This document shows positions 1 to 11,685 of a DNA stretch of 64,000 bases, piece by piece. Below the pieces are notes generated by a model. It had not been told where the DNA came from, did not search any database, and worked only from the letters and a program-made list of their open reading frames with translations. Each line of letters opens with the position of its first letter. Within the stretch, counting starts at the first letter, position 1. The DNA is from Curvularia clavata. Taxonomy: Eukaryota. The translations under genes were made by a program, and so were the position numbers. The DNA lies in contig CP089275.1 of the NCBI GenBank assembly GCA_023920165.1, positions 1,240,001 to 1,304,000 of the forward strand, given 5' to 3'.

Positions 1-1848
1 TGAGAGCCGCCGGCGGTGTGGGGTTCACGATGTGTCTTGTCCGCCTCACGAGCTCTTCTCCTTGCTCCTCAGGAAATATCGGAGTCATACCTGGCAGGTT
101 CTGCTGATTAATTCTGGCTTTGCTTCTGGCACACATTTTTTTTGGAAAGAGTCCGGTCTTTGGCTACCTCCCAGAAGCGGTGATACTACTCACGTTTCGG
201 CAGTTTGAAGCATGTGATCAAATGGAGATACTCTGAGGTCCATCCGTCGTGTTACACTACATAAGGAATACGAGGACGCATTGCCATGCTTTCTGCAGGG
301 ACTTGGAATGCATTGGTATCCATCGTTTGGTAAACCCATGATGCGTATGCATAACACGATGACTGACATCGCGACATAGCTGCGTGCTTGTATTGTCTCG
401 GTATATTCAGGAGCAGAGCTCAGGCACCCGAACAGCAAGTCACGAGCTCACGTGGTTCTGATCCGTCCATGCCAAACAACGAGATGGAGGGCGACTACAA
501 CCTGGGGACAGTTCATGTAAATGAGCTTAGACAAGCCATACATACAGCGCCGCGTAGTGTCCTGGGTTTCGAAAAGAGTAAGGGATCGGTATTCGCCTGC
601 CGAAATGTGGACCGTAGCGCACAGTTGACTGGTCATCCTACGCATTTCCTACCACTACTCTAATTCCACTGGACTAGGCGCAAGCACTTCTGGAAACCCA
701 TCTCAATCTTGATTGGAACAAGGAGGGTCGACATTTGGAGGTCAGCCTTGTCATTGACTTCCTGTTGCGAGGGCTGCAAAGACATGGGACATCCAACCCG
801 ACTCTCTGTTCTCCATATCTGTTGCTTGAGGCCGAGAAAGCGCAGCTGTGATTAACAATTAGCAGGACCGAGTTGGGCGTATTTGAAAAAGCCTTTTTGG
901 CGGTTTGTCGAGCCGTGGCATCAGAAACGTCGAAGCTCATACACGCAAAAGCGAGGGAGATAGTCCGAGGCAAGAGAAATCCAGCCAACTTCAAAACATA
1001 TACAAAGACGGACAAGATACCATATACAGCAATCACTGCCTAGTCGGCATGTGGCTGGTACACGCACTGTTATAGTTACTGGCAGGATTAACAGTCCATC
1101 ACGTGAGGCCGCGACAAGGTCTCTGTGGCTTCGGTGAGGAAAGCCGACGGAACTGACCGGCCACCAGTAGCAAGTCAGCATGCAAGACACGCGTTCGACG
1201 ACGAGTGACGGGAAATGGGCGACAACAGAGACGGCTAGAGGGTAGGTCAACTGCCGTTAGCGAGTTTGTAGCGCAAGGTCCTGGGTACGAGACTGGAAAT
1301 GAAACAGTGCTTTGGGCACGCGCAACCCCGCGGAGCTTCTGTTGATGCTTTCTGCTGGATGATGGCCGGTCGGGAGATGACCGGGAAATGCCCGCACGTG
1401 GGAAAAAAGAAATGCCTGGGCTGTGACAGCCGCGCGGTGTTGGGTCGACCTCGGTATTATTGGTGTCATGTTGTTGATAGTGGTGTGTTTAGTGCTGGCG
1501 GCCGTAGACAGCCTCCCTATTATTGGGCCCAGCCACCACAGGAGACCGCGGAATTGCATCATTCCATCGTAGTCGACCAGCGCAGCACCGTGTCAAATCT
1601 TGCATATTGTTGACCCTGTTTTCCTTTTGCATCCTCGCTGACCGGTTGTCGACATTTGCAAAGCTGCGCTTCCCCTCCTGTCGCTCTTTACAATTGTGTG
1701 CAGCGCAATCGCAGCTTGATCCACGTCCCCCACAACACAACCACCGCCGGCTTCTCCGGCCACCACGACCCCGGACGACCAACCCCAAACACAGCCCAAG
1801 CGCAACAAAACAAATCCACTGCAGCGTCGCGCACCTTCAATTCCGACC

Positions 1849-2500
1849 ATGCCGGCCTTCCACCAGCAGCTGGATGCCCTTGCGGCGCAAATAGACACCA
1901 AGGTGGCCCGCGATGCCATTCTAACGCCTCGACAGCCTCTCATGGACGCGCCTGCAATCGCCTTCGATTCGCCCAAGGCGGCATCCATGGCCAAGCGCCA
2001 GAACGTAATTTACACCCAACAAGGCATAATACCCACCTACTACGACTTGTCAGGGCCAGAGCCTGGCACAGTCGTCGGCATCGTCCTAGGTAGTGTCGCT
2101 GGTTTTCTCCTCATATGCTGGCTGCTGCAATCGCTTGTAAACTCCTCGCGGGGGAGCGGAACCAGGACAGCAATGGCGGGAGAAGAGGAGATTGTAGTAC
2201 GCCGGCCGCGCCGAAATTCCCACGGCGCCCGGTCGTCACGCCGCCGCTCCGAAGTACGCGAAATCAGCAGGAGCCCAAGGACATCAGGCGGACGGTCGCA
2301 GGTTATAGTTGAAGAGAGGCGGCAGCCAGTGAGGGCGAGGAGCATCGTTGTGGAAGAGCGACATCGCGTACCCGGTGACAATGTAGTCGAGGTTATTGAA
2401 GAACACGAAGACTACCGCGAGAGGAGAGGAACCCGCAGGTATCGGTAAGTAGCCAACTGTCTGTGTTCATACTGTGTGCTTGACTGACATACCTAGATAA
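1849..2500 (+). CDS. Hypothetical single-pass membrane protein with Arg/Ser-rich tail
   Basis: 199-aa ORF 1849-2448 with one hydrophobic segment (GTVVGIVLGSVAGFLLICWLL) followed by an R/S/E-rich tail. A probable terminal intron 2445-2496 moves the stop to 2498-2500 without changing the protein. Confidence 0.8.
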
Positions 2501-3451
2501 ACTGGTACTACAAGTCTGCCTGGCATGGCTTCCATGCTCCTCTCGCCCACCCACATATCCTACTTCCGACTGCACTACACGCAGCCACAGCTGTCAGGCA
2601 CACCACCGATACATACCCGATACCCCCCCATATTTTCCGTTTCGAAATGTTTGCTCGTCATGTTTTTTATTTTCCGCACTTAGTTTCCCTTCGTCTCTCT
2701 CAGGTCGTGTGCCATAATATGCTGTGTTCCTAGCACTAGGTGTTCAGGTGGGAGCGTCCGGGTATAGGGCACAAAAGCTCTATGTATCACGAAGCAGATA
2801 TGATTTATCACGCGCCATGTATAGCGATGCACGCCTCCATTTCAGGCACTCTGGGGCAATGAAGTTAGCTCATGTTTGTAAGTACGTAGTACACAATATG
2901 TGAGCAAATGTGATAGTGTTGTACCTTGAAAAAAATCATGAACTAGATGAGCGACCGAAATTATTAGCGTAGAGCATCTCGTCGTACTTGAGTCTAGATG
3001 TAACAGGGCCGCCTTTTCGCTAGTCCGACATCGCAGTCACCTGCTGCTGTCATGCTCACCCACAATCCAATCCTATGGTTTGCCCCACACCGCCAACTTG
3101 TAAATACCTTTTTGCCATGATATACTGGCAGCTTGTGTATTTTGTGTTGCAGGGGCAAGACGAAGAATGGTCTCTCGACACGGTGCTTCTCATAAGTAGA
3201 TAGACACACACATCCTATAGCACTCAATCTAAGAATTTCATTCATACATCCTTTTGCCTGTATGTTCAACATCCACTATCGGCCAACTATCCGACTAGCT
3301 TTTCTACAAGGCGTACTTGACATATGCGCTATCTGCTTCCGGTTAGCTTAAACCCTACCCTAGCGTGCTCTTGAACTTCGATGTACTAATGGCCACCCCG
3401 CAGTGTTTCCTCCCATTGATATGCCGTCATTGTACTCAATTCACTACCACT

Positions 3452-6019
3452 ATGAATGAGGGATCTAGAGTCTTTGCGGGTGATCTAGACCTGTTCTTCT
3501 CGCTCCAGAACAGCCACACCGATCTGTCCCACGGATTCCACGATGGCATCTACGCTGACTTGTCCGAAGCGCTGATGGCGGCGAATACGGCTTCTTCCAA
3601 CTTCAATAATCACTGCATCACGGAACAAACCTTTCAGGACTTTTCAAACAACTCAACTGCCTCGTCATCACCCTTTACTCCCAGTCCTGCTATCCTAAGG
3701 CCCAAGCTGGGAAGTCGTTTTTCAAGAGAAGTCATCCGTACTTTAAAGGATTGGCTTGCGGTTCACCAGCAGCACCCATATCCAAGCGAAAATGAGATGC
3801 TTATTCTGCAAAGTAGAACTGGGCTCAACAAAGCACAGCTTACAAACTGGTTTGCAAATGCGCGGCGAAGGGGCAAGGTGCAAAGCGTGCGCGCAGGGTC
3901 ACCTAAAGCCCGTGAGAAACCTACGTCTCCCATAGACATAATCCAACGGCCTGGTACCCCCGCAGTCAGGAGTTCCCTCAACTACAAGGATCCAATGCAA
4001 AGATGGGTCGAGTCGCCTCCCGAGCATGAACCTGCTGCTGCAAGTGATATTGCCCGAGCCATGGCGTCCACTTCCCGTAAGTCTTCCCTCGTACTAGTAG
4101 CCATCTCGACCCCATTTGATCGTTACTAATTCTTCTCAGGGGAAGATGGTGCCGGAGGAATTGACCATGTCCAATCGTGGCATTCACCCTACGCGAGGTC
4201 ATCAGCAAGCAGTACCAGAACATCGCAATCAAGTGAATTCTCGGGCCACTGCTCTTCCGGATCTCAGACTTCGTTAAAGCTGCGGCGTGCGCCACGCAAG
4301 AAACGAGCGAGTAGGCGACGTCGGCTGGAGAAAGAACCTGTCACTACTTCATTCCTAATGCCTTACCAATGTACATTCTGTACAGAGGTATTCAGAACAA
4401 AGTATGATTGGCAGCGGCACGAGAAATCGCTCCATCTGCCACTTGAACGATGGATATGTGGATTAAATGGCCCTCGCTCTACAAAAGACAAACCAGAAGA
4501 ACAATGCTGTGTTTTTTGCGGAAAAGTTGCACCCGACGATACTCATGTTGAGGCGCACCACTACTCGGCATGCCAGGAGCGCAATCTTCGTGAAAGGACG
4601 TTTCACCGAAAAGACCACCTAGTTCAGCATTTGCGACTTGTTCATGGAGTCGAATTTTCAGAGTGGTCAATGTCTTCTTGGATGTTACCTATACCTGACG
4701 TGCGGTCTAGATGTGGATTCTGCGGCATTGTAATGAAGACTTGGTTGGAAAGGACCGACCATCTCGCAGATCACTTCAAATCCGGAACGACCATGGCCAG
4801 CTGGCAAGGAGATTGGGGTTTCGATAGCTTTATTGAGCCTCTGTTAGAGACGGCGATGCCTCCAGGTAAAAAACATCAGATTACCGTTTGATTCCGCATA
4901 CCAACTAACATACTATCAGAACTCATCGAATGGGAAAGACGCACTCTGATACCTATGAAAGGCAGCGATCCGTCCTGGGGTACCCCGCCGAATGCGTACG
5001 AGCTACTCAAAGTCGAGACAGAATTTTTTATTCAACGCTATTTCGATGAGAACGGGCACCTGCCTGACAACGATGCTATACAGCTTGAGGCTTGCCGCAT
5101 CATCTTTGCTGCCGAGGCTGTCTCTGCCAGGTGCTTCCCAGGAACGGAGAAGCAGCATCAAGCGTCTTGGTTGTGTGATCTGGTCATGTCATCACCGACA
5201 CTGACTGAACGCGCTAGATTCCAGCCAATGCGATCAGCCCGTGAAAGCCGACATTTTCCGTTGAAGATCAACGCCAAAGGGCATTTGTTCGAGCACTGCC
5301 CTATGGAAGCGCGGCTTCTCAGTTTTGTCATGGAACAAGCACAATCGGGATCTGTGCCCAATGATGCACAACTGAACAACGAAGCATGTCAGATTGTGAG
5401 ACAGATGGAGCAAGAATCGAGCACACCTTCGGACGTATTTGCCAACTGGGTCGTGAAGGGTATTTACTCGGCGGGAAATTGGCTATCAAACTTTAAGCAA
5501 CGAGCATTGATATTTGATGCGGTAGAGACCACGGGAATTTCTTTGGCAGCCGCAACTGGTGCGTGGTCTGGCTCATCATGGGCACAGGTACCTCATCCGG
5601 ATGCTGTAGGATCAGCATCAGAAACCACAAACCCCTCGCAACAGACACAAGACTTCTTCAAGCCACTTCCAGCTTTTACGGAAGATGGTTCTACCTTGTC
5701 TTCGCCAACGACTCAGCCCAACACCAACGGTCCCCTACGAACGCTACTACCCGATGATGCAAACTTCTACCGCATCTTCGACCTCGACATGAGACGCTGG
5801 GCAGCATCCACTCTATCACCCAAGAATCCGAATTGCCATGTACCGTCCGACGAGGAGATACAACACCAAGCGCGCTGGATCATGTATGATGGTGACGACC
5901 CATGGAACCAGACTCCTGCCGACTTTCCGGTTTGGTTGTCGCGCTTCAAAAAGGAGGTTGGAATTACAACGGACGTCGAAGCCGTTGATCCTAAGGACTT
6001 GACGGCATCGACACAATGA
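3452..6019 (+). CDS. Homeobox (TALE/KN-type) plus C2H2 zinc-finger transcription factor
   Basis: Homeodomain ...LKDWLAVHQQHPYPS...QLTNWFANARRR and C2H2-type motifs YQCTFC...WQRHEKSLH, FHRKDHLVQHLRLVH and CGFCG...HLADHF. Exons 3452-4076, 4140-4865 and 4920-6019 join in frame through GT-AG introns with CTAAT/CTAAC branch points. Alternative in-frame ATG at 3389. Confidence 0.9.
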
Positions 6020-8698
6020 ATAAGGGACTTCAGAGGGAGAAGGTAGGGAATAGTCTCAGTCTGAGTGACTAGACTGAAGCGTGAAATCGGTATGGTAGAA
6101 GCGTTCAAAAAATGGGGCTTGGGACCGGGATTCAAGACTCCACCTAACACGACAGCCGATGCGCACTGATTTAATGAGACAGATGACGAGGGCTGGAGCA
6201 CATGTGATTATGAGCGTAGTAGACGGATAAATTCTAAAGCTTTAAACATCAGGTTCTTGACCCAGCGCCACACAGCCTCTTGACAGAGTGCTCACACAGC
6301 ACCATATCACAATCGAACCACAATGCAACTGTGGATATTCAAAATCCAGATTTGGCACAGCCTCCAGCCTTCTACGTCGTTGTCCTGATTCAATTCGCGC
6401 ACAGATGCCATGTCGGAAGAACAATAGACGCATCGAGACGTGTATGGCTTGCAGACATCTCGTAATTAGCGTCGCTTGGCATCAACTAATCCGCATTACC
6501 CCAGAGCTCCATCTCCACACCCCATCACGTTCCACGTGAAGCCGCTCAAAGACATGATATCTCCTCCTGTTCACCTTCGAAAAAATAAAAAATTACATTG
6601 CTTGCAAAGCGATGCTCAGGCAAACAGCCACGACCTCGCTTTTCTGGTGGTTATATCACTTTCGCAGCTTCTTCGCAACAACCACAGCGCAGCGACCCTC
6701 ACTGGGGTTGGCCTGAGCCTTACCCAAAATAGGATACCATCCGACAAGCGGGAAGTCCTGGTCATGAGCGACACAGGCATAGGGCCAAATGGCTTCAAAA
6801 GAAGCGGTTCATTAGGCAAAAGAAACGGCTGTCGGCTGTACCGTCACGGGACCGTACCATTCATTGGTTGATCAGCACCTCCCTTTTGTTGCAAATCTCC
6901 ACACACGGGAGAATGGACTCCGAACGAAATCATATAAGAGGCCCTGCTCCCCGTGGGGATTAAGACTGTTTGGCATTCTCGAAATTCTAGCCCCCGTTGT
7001 TGGCACACATCAGAGCAGACATATCATGTGCCATCGTCGCATGCAGCATACCGGTTAATAATAAGGATGGAAGCACTCTGTCACGCCATGGTACGTCCCA
7101 AAAGCTGCCCATGTTTTACCGACACTCACCCAATCCCCGCCATTTGTCTCCGCGGTTGGGCACGCGAGAACTGGGCTGACTATCACAGTGATATCTGGAG
7201 ACACGTACGGGGGCACTCCACCTCTGCACGAGAAAAAATCCGTCATCCCACACTGCCGTATCTGTCTCCAGGTACCCCGTCGGTCACCCCGAACATTTGC
7301 CGGACTCAAATTTTATTCCAGGGACCATGACCTGGATACCGGCAATTGTCACGATACTCGCCCCGCCATGCGGTCACCAGGCTCCACTACGACCCTCTTT
7401 TTTGCGAAATCTTCAGGAACCTGGCTTGAGGTTTTTCTTCTTGATGAAGCGAGGCGGGCCGCTAGCGCTGCAACCTCGGAGTCGGAGATGAAGTTTTCAC
7501 CCTATACGTCGGCCAAGACCGGCGCGCGTCTGGGCAGGTGCAACACTCCCGCAATGGCATTGTTGCGATTGAGCTGCCTTTTCTTCCAGAAAACCGATAT
7601 TCCACGGATATGGGATTGATTGCAGCGAGTCTCCACCTATGCTGTTGTGCGTTGAAAAACATGCAGCAGACGATCCACAGGGTACCAGTTGAAGGACACC
7701 ATTTGGAGAAATTGTGGCGAACGTTCCACCTCTGCACCGGATGCAGCACGTTGACTGCATTAGTCGCCCGAAAAACGATATCCATGTCTCGAACCACTTG
7801 CTAGCGCATTGCCGGCCTTCCGATTCCGACGTTCAACGAATGATTGAGGCTCTGCGGTAGTTATCCGTGCCGTCGGGTCTGTGCACGTCACCTCGCCTGC
7901 AGCGTGTTATGTCATCGGAGCCACTTGGTCGCCTCATCTGAACAACAGACGAATCTTAACCCCGACACTAATTGCAGAACCAATGGCTGACATTGTCCAA
8001 TTGGTGTGACGCGCGACTACCACTGGCAGACTAGACGATCGCAACGGTCGTCTGGTTCTCGCTCGTCACTGTTCTTCTTAGTTCCAAGAGGGGAAGACTA
8101 TACACACACACTGCCAGTTCCTTTCGGCACTCGAATTGGTCAGCACAGTTGGCGCCTTTCATGGTCATTCGAGCGCTACTGCGAAATGAAAAACGTAGTG
8201 TTCAGGTGCAACACCCTCGGTGGGCCGATCACTACGCTATCAATGTCCGTGCATTCTGGCGTCCAACTGCTGTCCGATGTTGAGCGGTTGAGAAATTTTA
8301 CGACCGGCAGACCTCCGCTTCAAGCTCTCTCGTGAGAGGCTGCCCCATGGACAGCTCCAGACTGGGAATGGGGTGTCATCACCTGCCCCGTCTTCTCCGG
8401 CTCGTGCGACCTCTGTCTCCTCTCGCCTCCATGCCTAGGGCGTTCTGGAAAAAGTTGGTCTTGTGGACACACGAATGAACCTGACACTGGGGCTCCACTG
8501 TCAATAGGCTCTCTGAACCCCGTCTCCGCGTACTTTCGCTATTTATACGGTTCGGCCTCCCCCTCTGAATCCACACTGGTCTCCTCTTCTCCAGCTTCTC
8601 TCCAGCTCAGTCTCCTCGAGAAGCCAACTTCTAGCTGCGGACCAGCTATTACTTAATTCACCAACTCTTGAATATACCTTTAATAACCAACTTCCAAC

Positions 8699-10520
8699 AT
8701 GCCAGCCTTCTCGCGATTCTTCAACAAGAAGGCTAAGGCCGACGGAGTCCCTGAAAAGGGTACTCCCGAAAGCGTCACTCCTGCTGGTACACCAGCCAGG
8801 GGTAACTCCGATGCCATGCACGCTGCAGACATCGAGCCAAAGGGTCGAGTACCCGCCATCGCCATCATCCTTGGCGCTGTTGCCAGTATCGGTGGTTTCA
8901 TGTTCGGCTACGAGTCCGGACAGATTTCCGGTTTCCTTGAAATGGCTGATTTCAAGGAGCGCTTTGGCGATGAGGGCAAGTTCTCACCTGTTCGCTCAGG
9001 TGCTATTGTCGGTCTCCTTGCGTAAGTTTTTCATTAAGAGAATTTCGGAGGCTTTCTCTAACAATCATACAGCGTCGGTACCCTTTTCGGATGCTTGGGC
9101 TCAGCTCCTCTTGCTGACACCTTCGGTCGCCGTCTCACCATCTCCTTCTCCGCCTTTTTCTACATCATCGGCGTGATTATTGAGATCACTAGCAAGAATG
9201 TCTGGGTTCAGTTCGCAATGGGTCGTTTCGCTGCTGGTCTTGGTATCGGAGCTCTTTCGACTGTCGTACCTATGTACCAGTCTGAGTCTATTCCCAAGCG
9301 TATCCGTGGTGCCACTGTCTCTTCCTACCAGCTGTTCATTACCCTCGGTATCTGGACTGCCTACATGGTCAACTATGGCACTGAGAAGAGCTACAACAAC
9401 AGCGCTCAGTGGCGTATCCCCAACGGTCTGTCTGCTCTTTGGGCTATCCTTCTCGGTACCACCATCTTGCTCCTCCCAGAGTCGCCTCGTTACGCATACC
9501 GCAAGGGTAACGTTGAGGACGCTCGCGCAAACATGGCTCGTCTGAACGGCGTCGACCCTCACAGCGCCTTCATCGATGCTGAGATTGCCGAGATTCAGGA
9601 GAAGCTCGAGGCTGAAGCCGCCGGTGGTGACCACCCATGGTATGAGATCTTCACTGGTCCTCGTATGCTGTACCGTACTCTGCTCGGAATGGTTCTCCAG
9701 GCTGGTCAGCAACTTACCGGTGCCAACTACTTCTTCTACTACGGCACAACCATCTTCGCTGCCACTGGTCTTAGCAACTCCTACGTCACTTCCATTATCC
9801 TCGGAACTGTCAACGTCGTTGCTACCATCGCTGGTCTCTGGATTGTCGAGAATGTTGGCCGCCGCAAGGCTATGATGGCCGGTGCTGCTTGGATGGCTGT
9901 TTGCCTCTTCATCTACTCCTTCATTGGCCACTACCAGCTCGACCACCAGAACCCTCTCAGCACTCCCCAGGCCGGAAACATCATGATTGTCTTCACCTGC
10001 CTGTTCATTGCTGCTTTCGCCACCACCTGGGGACCCCTTGTGTGGGCCATTGTCGGAGAGCTCTACCCCGCCCGTTACCGTGCTACCTGCATGGGTCTTG
10101 CCGTAAGTTCACATCTAAACTTTAATTGTTCTACAAATGTACTAACAAGCTTTCCAGACCGCTTCCAACTGGCTCTTCAACTTCATCATCTCTTTCTGCT
10201 CCACTCTGATCACCGATCGCATCGACTACTTCTACGGTCTCGTCTTTGCCGTCTCCCTTGTCATCCTCTTCTTCGTCGTCTACTTCTTCATGATTGAGAC
10301 CAAGGGCCGCTCCCTCGAGGAGATCGACACCATGTATGTCCTGCACGTCAACCCCATCACCAGCAGCAAGTGGGACCCATCCACTCTCCAGAAGGATGGC
10401 CTTGTCGACACCGACCGCCTGCACATGGGCCCCGGCGGCCGTTCCTTCAGCAAGGCTGAGGAGAGCGGTACCCGCGGTGGCATCTTGGAGCCTGCCGAAA
10501 GGAACGAGATTCAAGTCTAA
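8699..10520 (+). CDS. MFS sugar porter (hexose transporter)
   Basis: Sugar-porter motifs GFMFGYESG, DTFGRR, PESPRY, QQLTGANYFFYY and IETKGRSLEEID. Introns 9022-9072 and 10103-10157. Strong C/T-ending codon bias suggests high expression. Confidence 0.95.
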
Positions 10521-11163
10521 GAGCGCATTGTTTTTCTGAAAAAGTGTTGAGCATTAAGTGTGTTTTTGGCATTTTAATGGCGCTTGAGCGATTTGCATAT
10601 ACCTTTGGATTTCGCAAATAGAGGGCTTGAAGAGGGAACGTGTATGAAACAAAAAGATATGATATATTTTCTGTAATGCATGAGATGTTTGTTCAAATGG
10701 ACTAGGCCTTGTTGGCAGCATTGAATTGAATGATTTGCTGAAGAAAATTTTGCTTTACAGTTGCGTCCTGGTTTGATGAAACTGCATTTGATGTTTATGC
10801 CATGTTGTCTTTACTCGTAAGAAACTCGCTCGGCGGATAAACTATATTAAGATATCTCGTTAGTAGTAAATGGGGTCGTGTAGGTCATACTGGTGGATCT
10901 CATTCCCTTACTAAAAGACTCGATTGGCAACTATGTTGCTGCATGATATTCCAAGATGCGAAGTCAACATTAGTGCATTTTACATTAAATTTCTCGCAGG
11001 CAAAAGTACAAATAGTAACTACCAGTGTTTACATGCAGCAGATTATTCCTCTCCGACAACCTGCTCTTTTTTCATCAATCGAACACCACTGGACATACAT
11101 TTTAACATTAATCGGTAACATATTAACAAAAATATCATACACTCGTCTCTACCTCTCCCACGC

Positions 11164-11685
11164 CTACAACCTCCGCACCTGCGATCTCGGATCCTTAGCC
11201 CCAATATCCCCACTCTCCCTCGCCCAACTCTCTCCGCCCTCCCCAGGCTTAATCACCCGATCCCTCTTCCCTTCGAGCTCTGGCTCCGCCGCCCACCTTT
11301 TCAACATGTCGATGCCCACACTATTCAGCGCCTTGACATGCGTCGCCTCGAGCTTCACTCTGGGCACATCGCGAATCTTATTGTCAATAGCACTTTTCCA
11401 CATGGAGGCTTCGAGGCAGACGCGTTGGCCCGGCTCGAGACCTATTTTGCGTAGGTCGGTGCCGAGGGAGCTGCTAAAATCGAGGAAAGAATTGGTGACA
11501 ATGGCGGCGATGGGGTTGTTAGAGTTACAGGTGCCGGTGGAGAGGGTGGGAGGGAGAGAAGAAGGCGCAGAGCGCTCGGAGGAGTGTTTGTGGAGGGGAG
11601 CGTTGAGGACTGAGGATGGTGTTAGATGGAGGGTTGAGGTGGTGTAGGGGGAGGGTGGGTGATGTACCGTTTTTTTGCTTGACAT
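11164..11685 (-). CDS. Divergent DUF2237-like protein
   Basis: 173-aa ORF. Segments SVLNAPL, AAIVTNSFLDFSSSLGTDL, GLEPGQRVCLEASMWK and PRVKLEATHVKAL match my recollection of the DUF2237 consensus. Confidence 0.65.
   Translation of the reverse strand: MSSKKTVHHPPSPYTTSTLHLTPSSVLNAPLHKHSSERSAPSSLPPTLSTGTCNSNNPIAAIVTNSFLDFSSSLGTDLRKIGLEPGQRVCLEASMWKSAIDNKIRDVPRVKLEATHVKALNSVGIDMLKRWAAEPELEGKRDRVIKPGEGGESWARESGDIGAKDPRSQVRRL

Noticed and set aside
1..1800. Short ORFs at the window start
   Set aside because: No recognisable domain or consistent exon chain; a gene crossing the window edge cannot be excluded.
9101..9946. 281-aa antisense ORF over the hexose transporter (similar ones at 26775-27617, 62313-63269 and 10943-11647)
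   Set aside because: Shadow ORFs produced by codon bias on the coding strand; no protein-like features.
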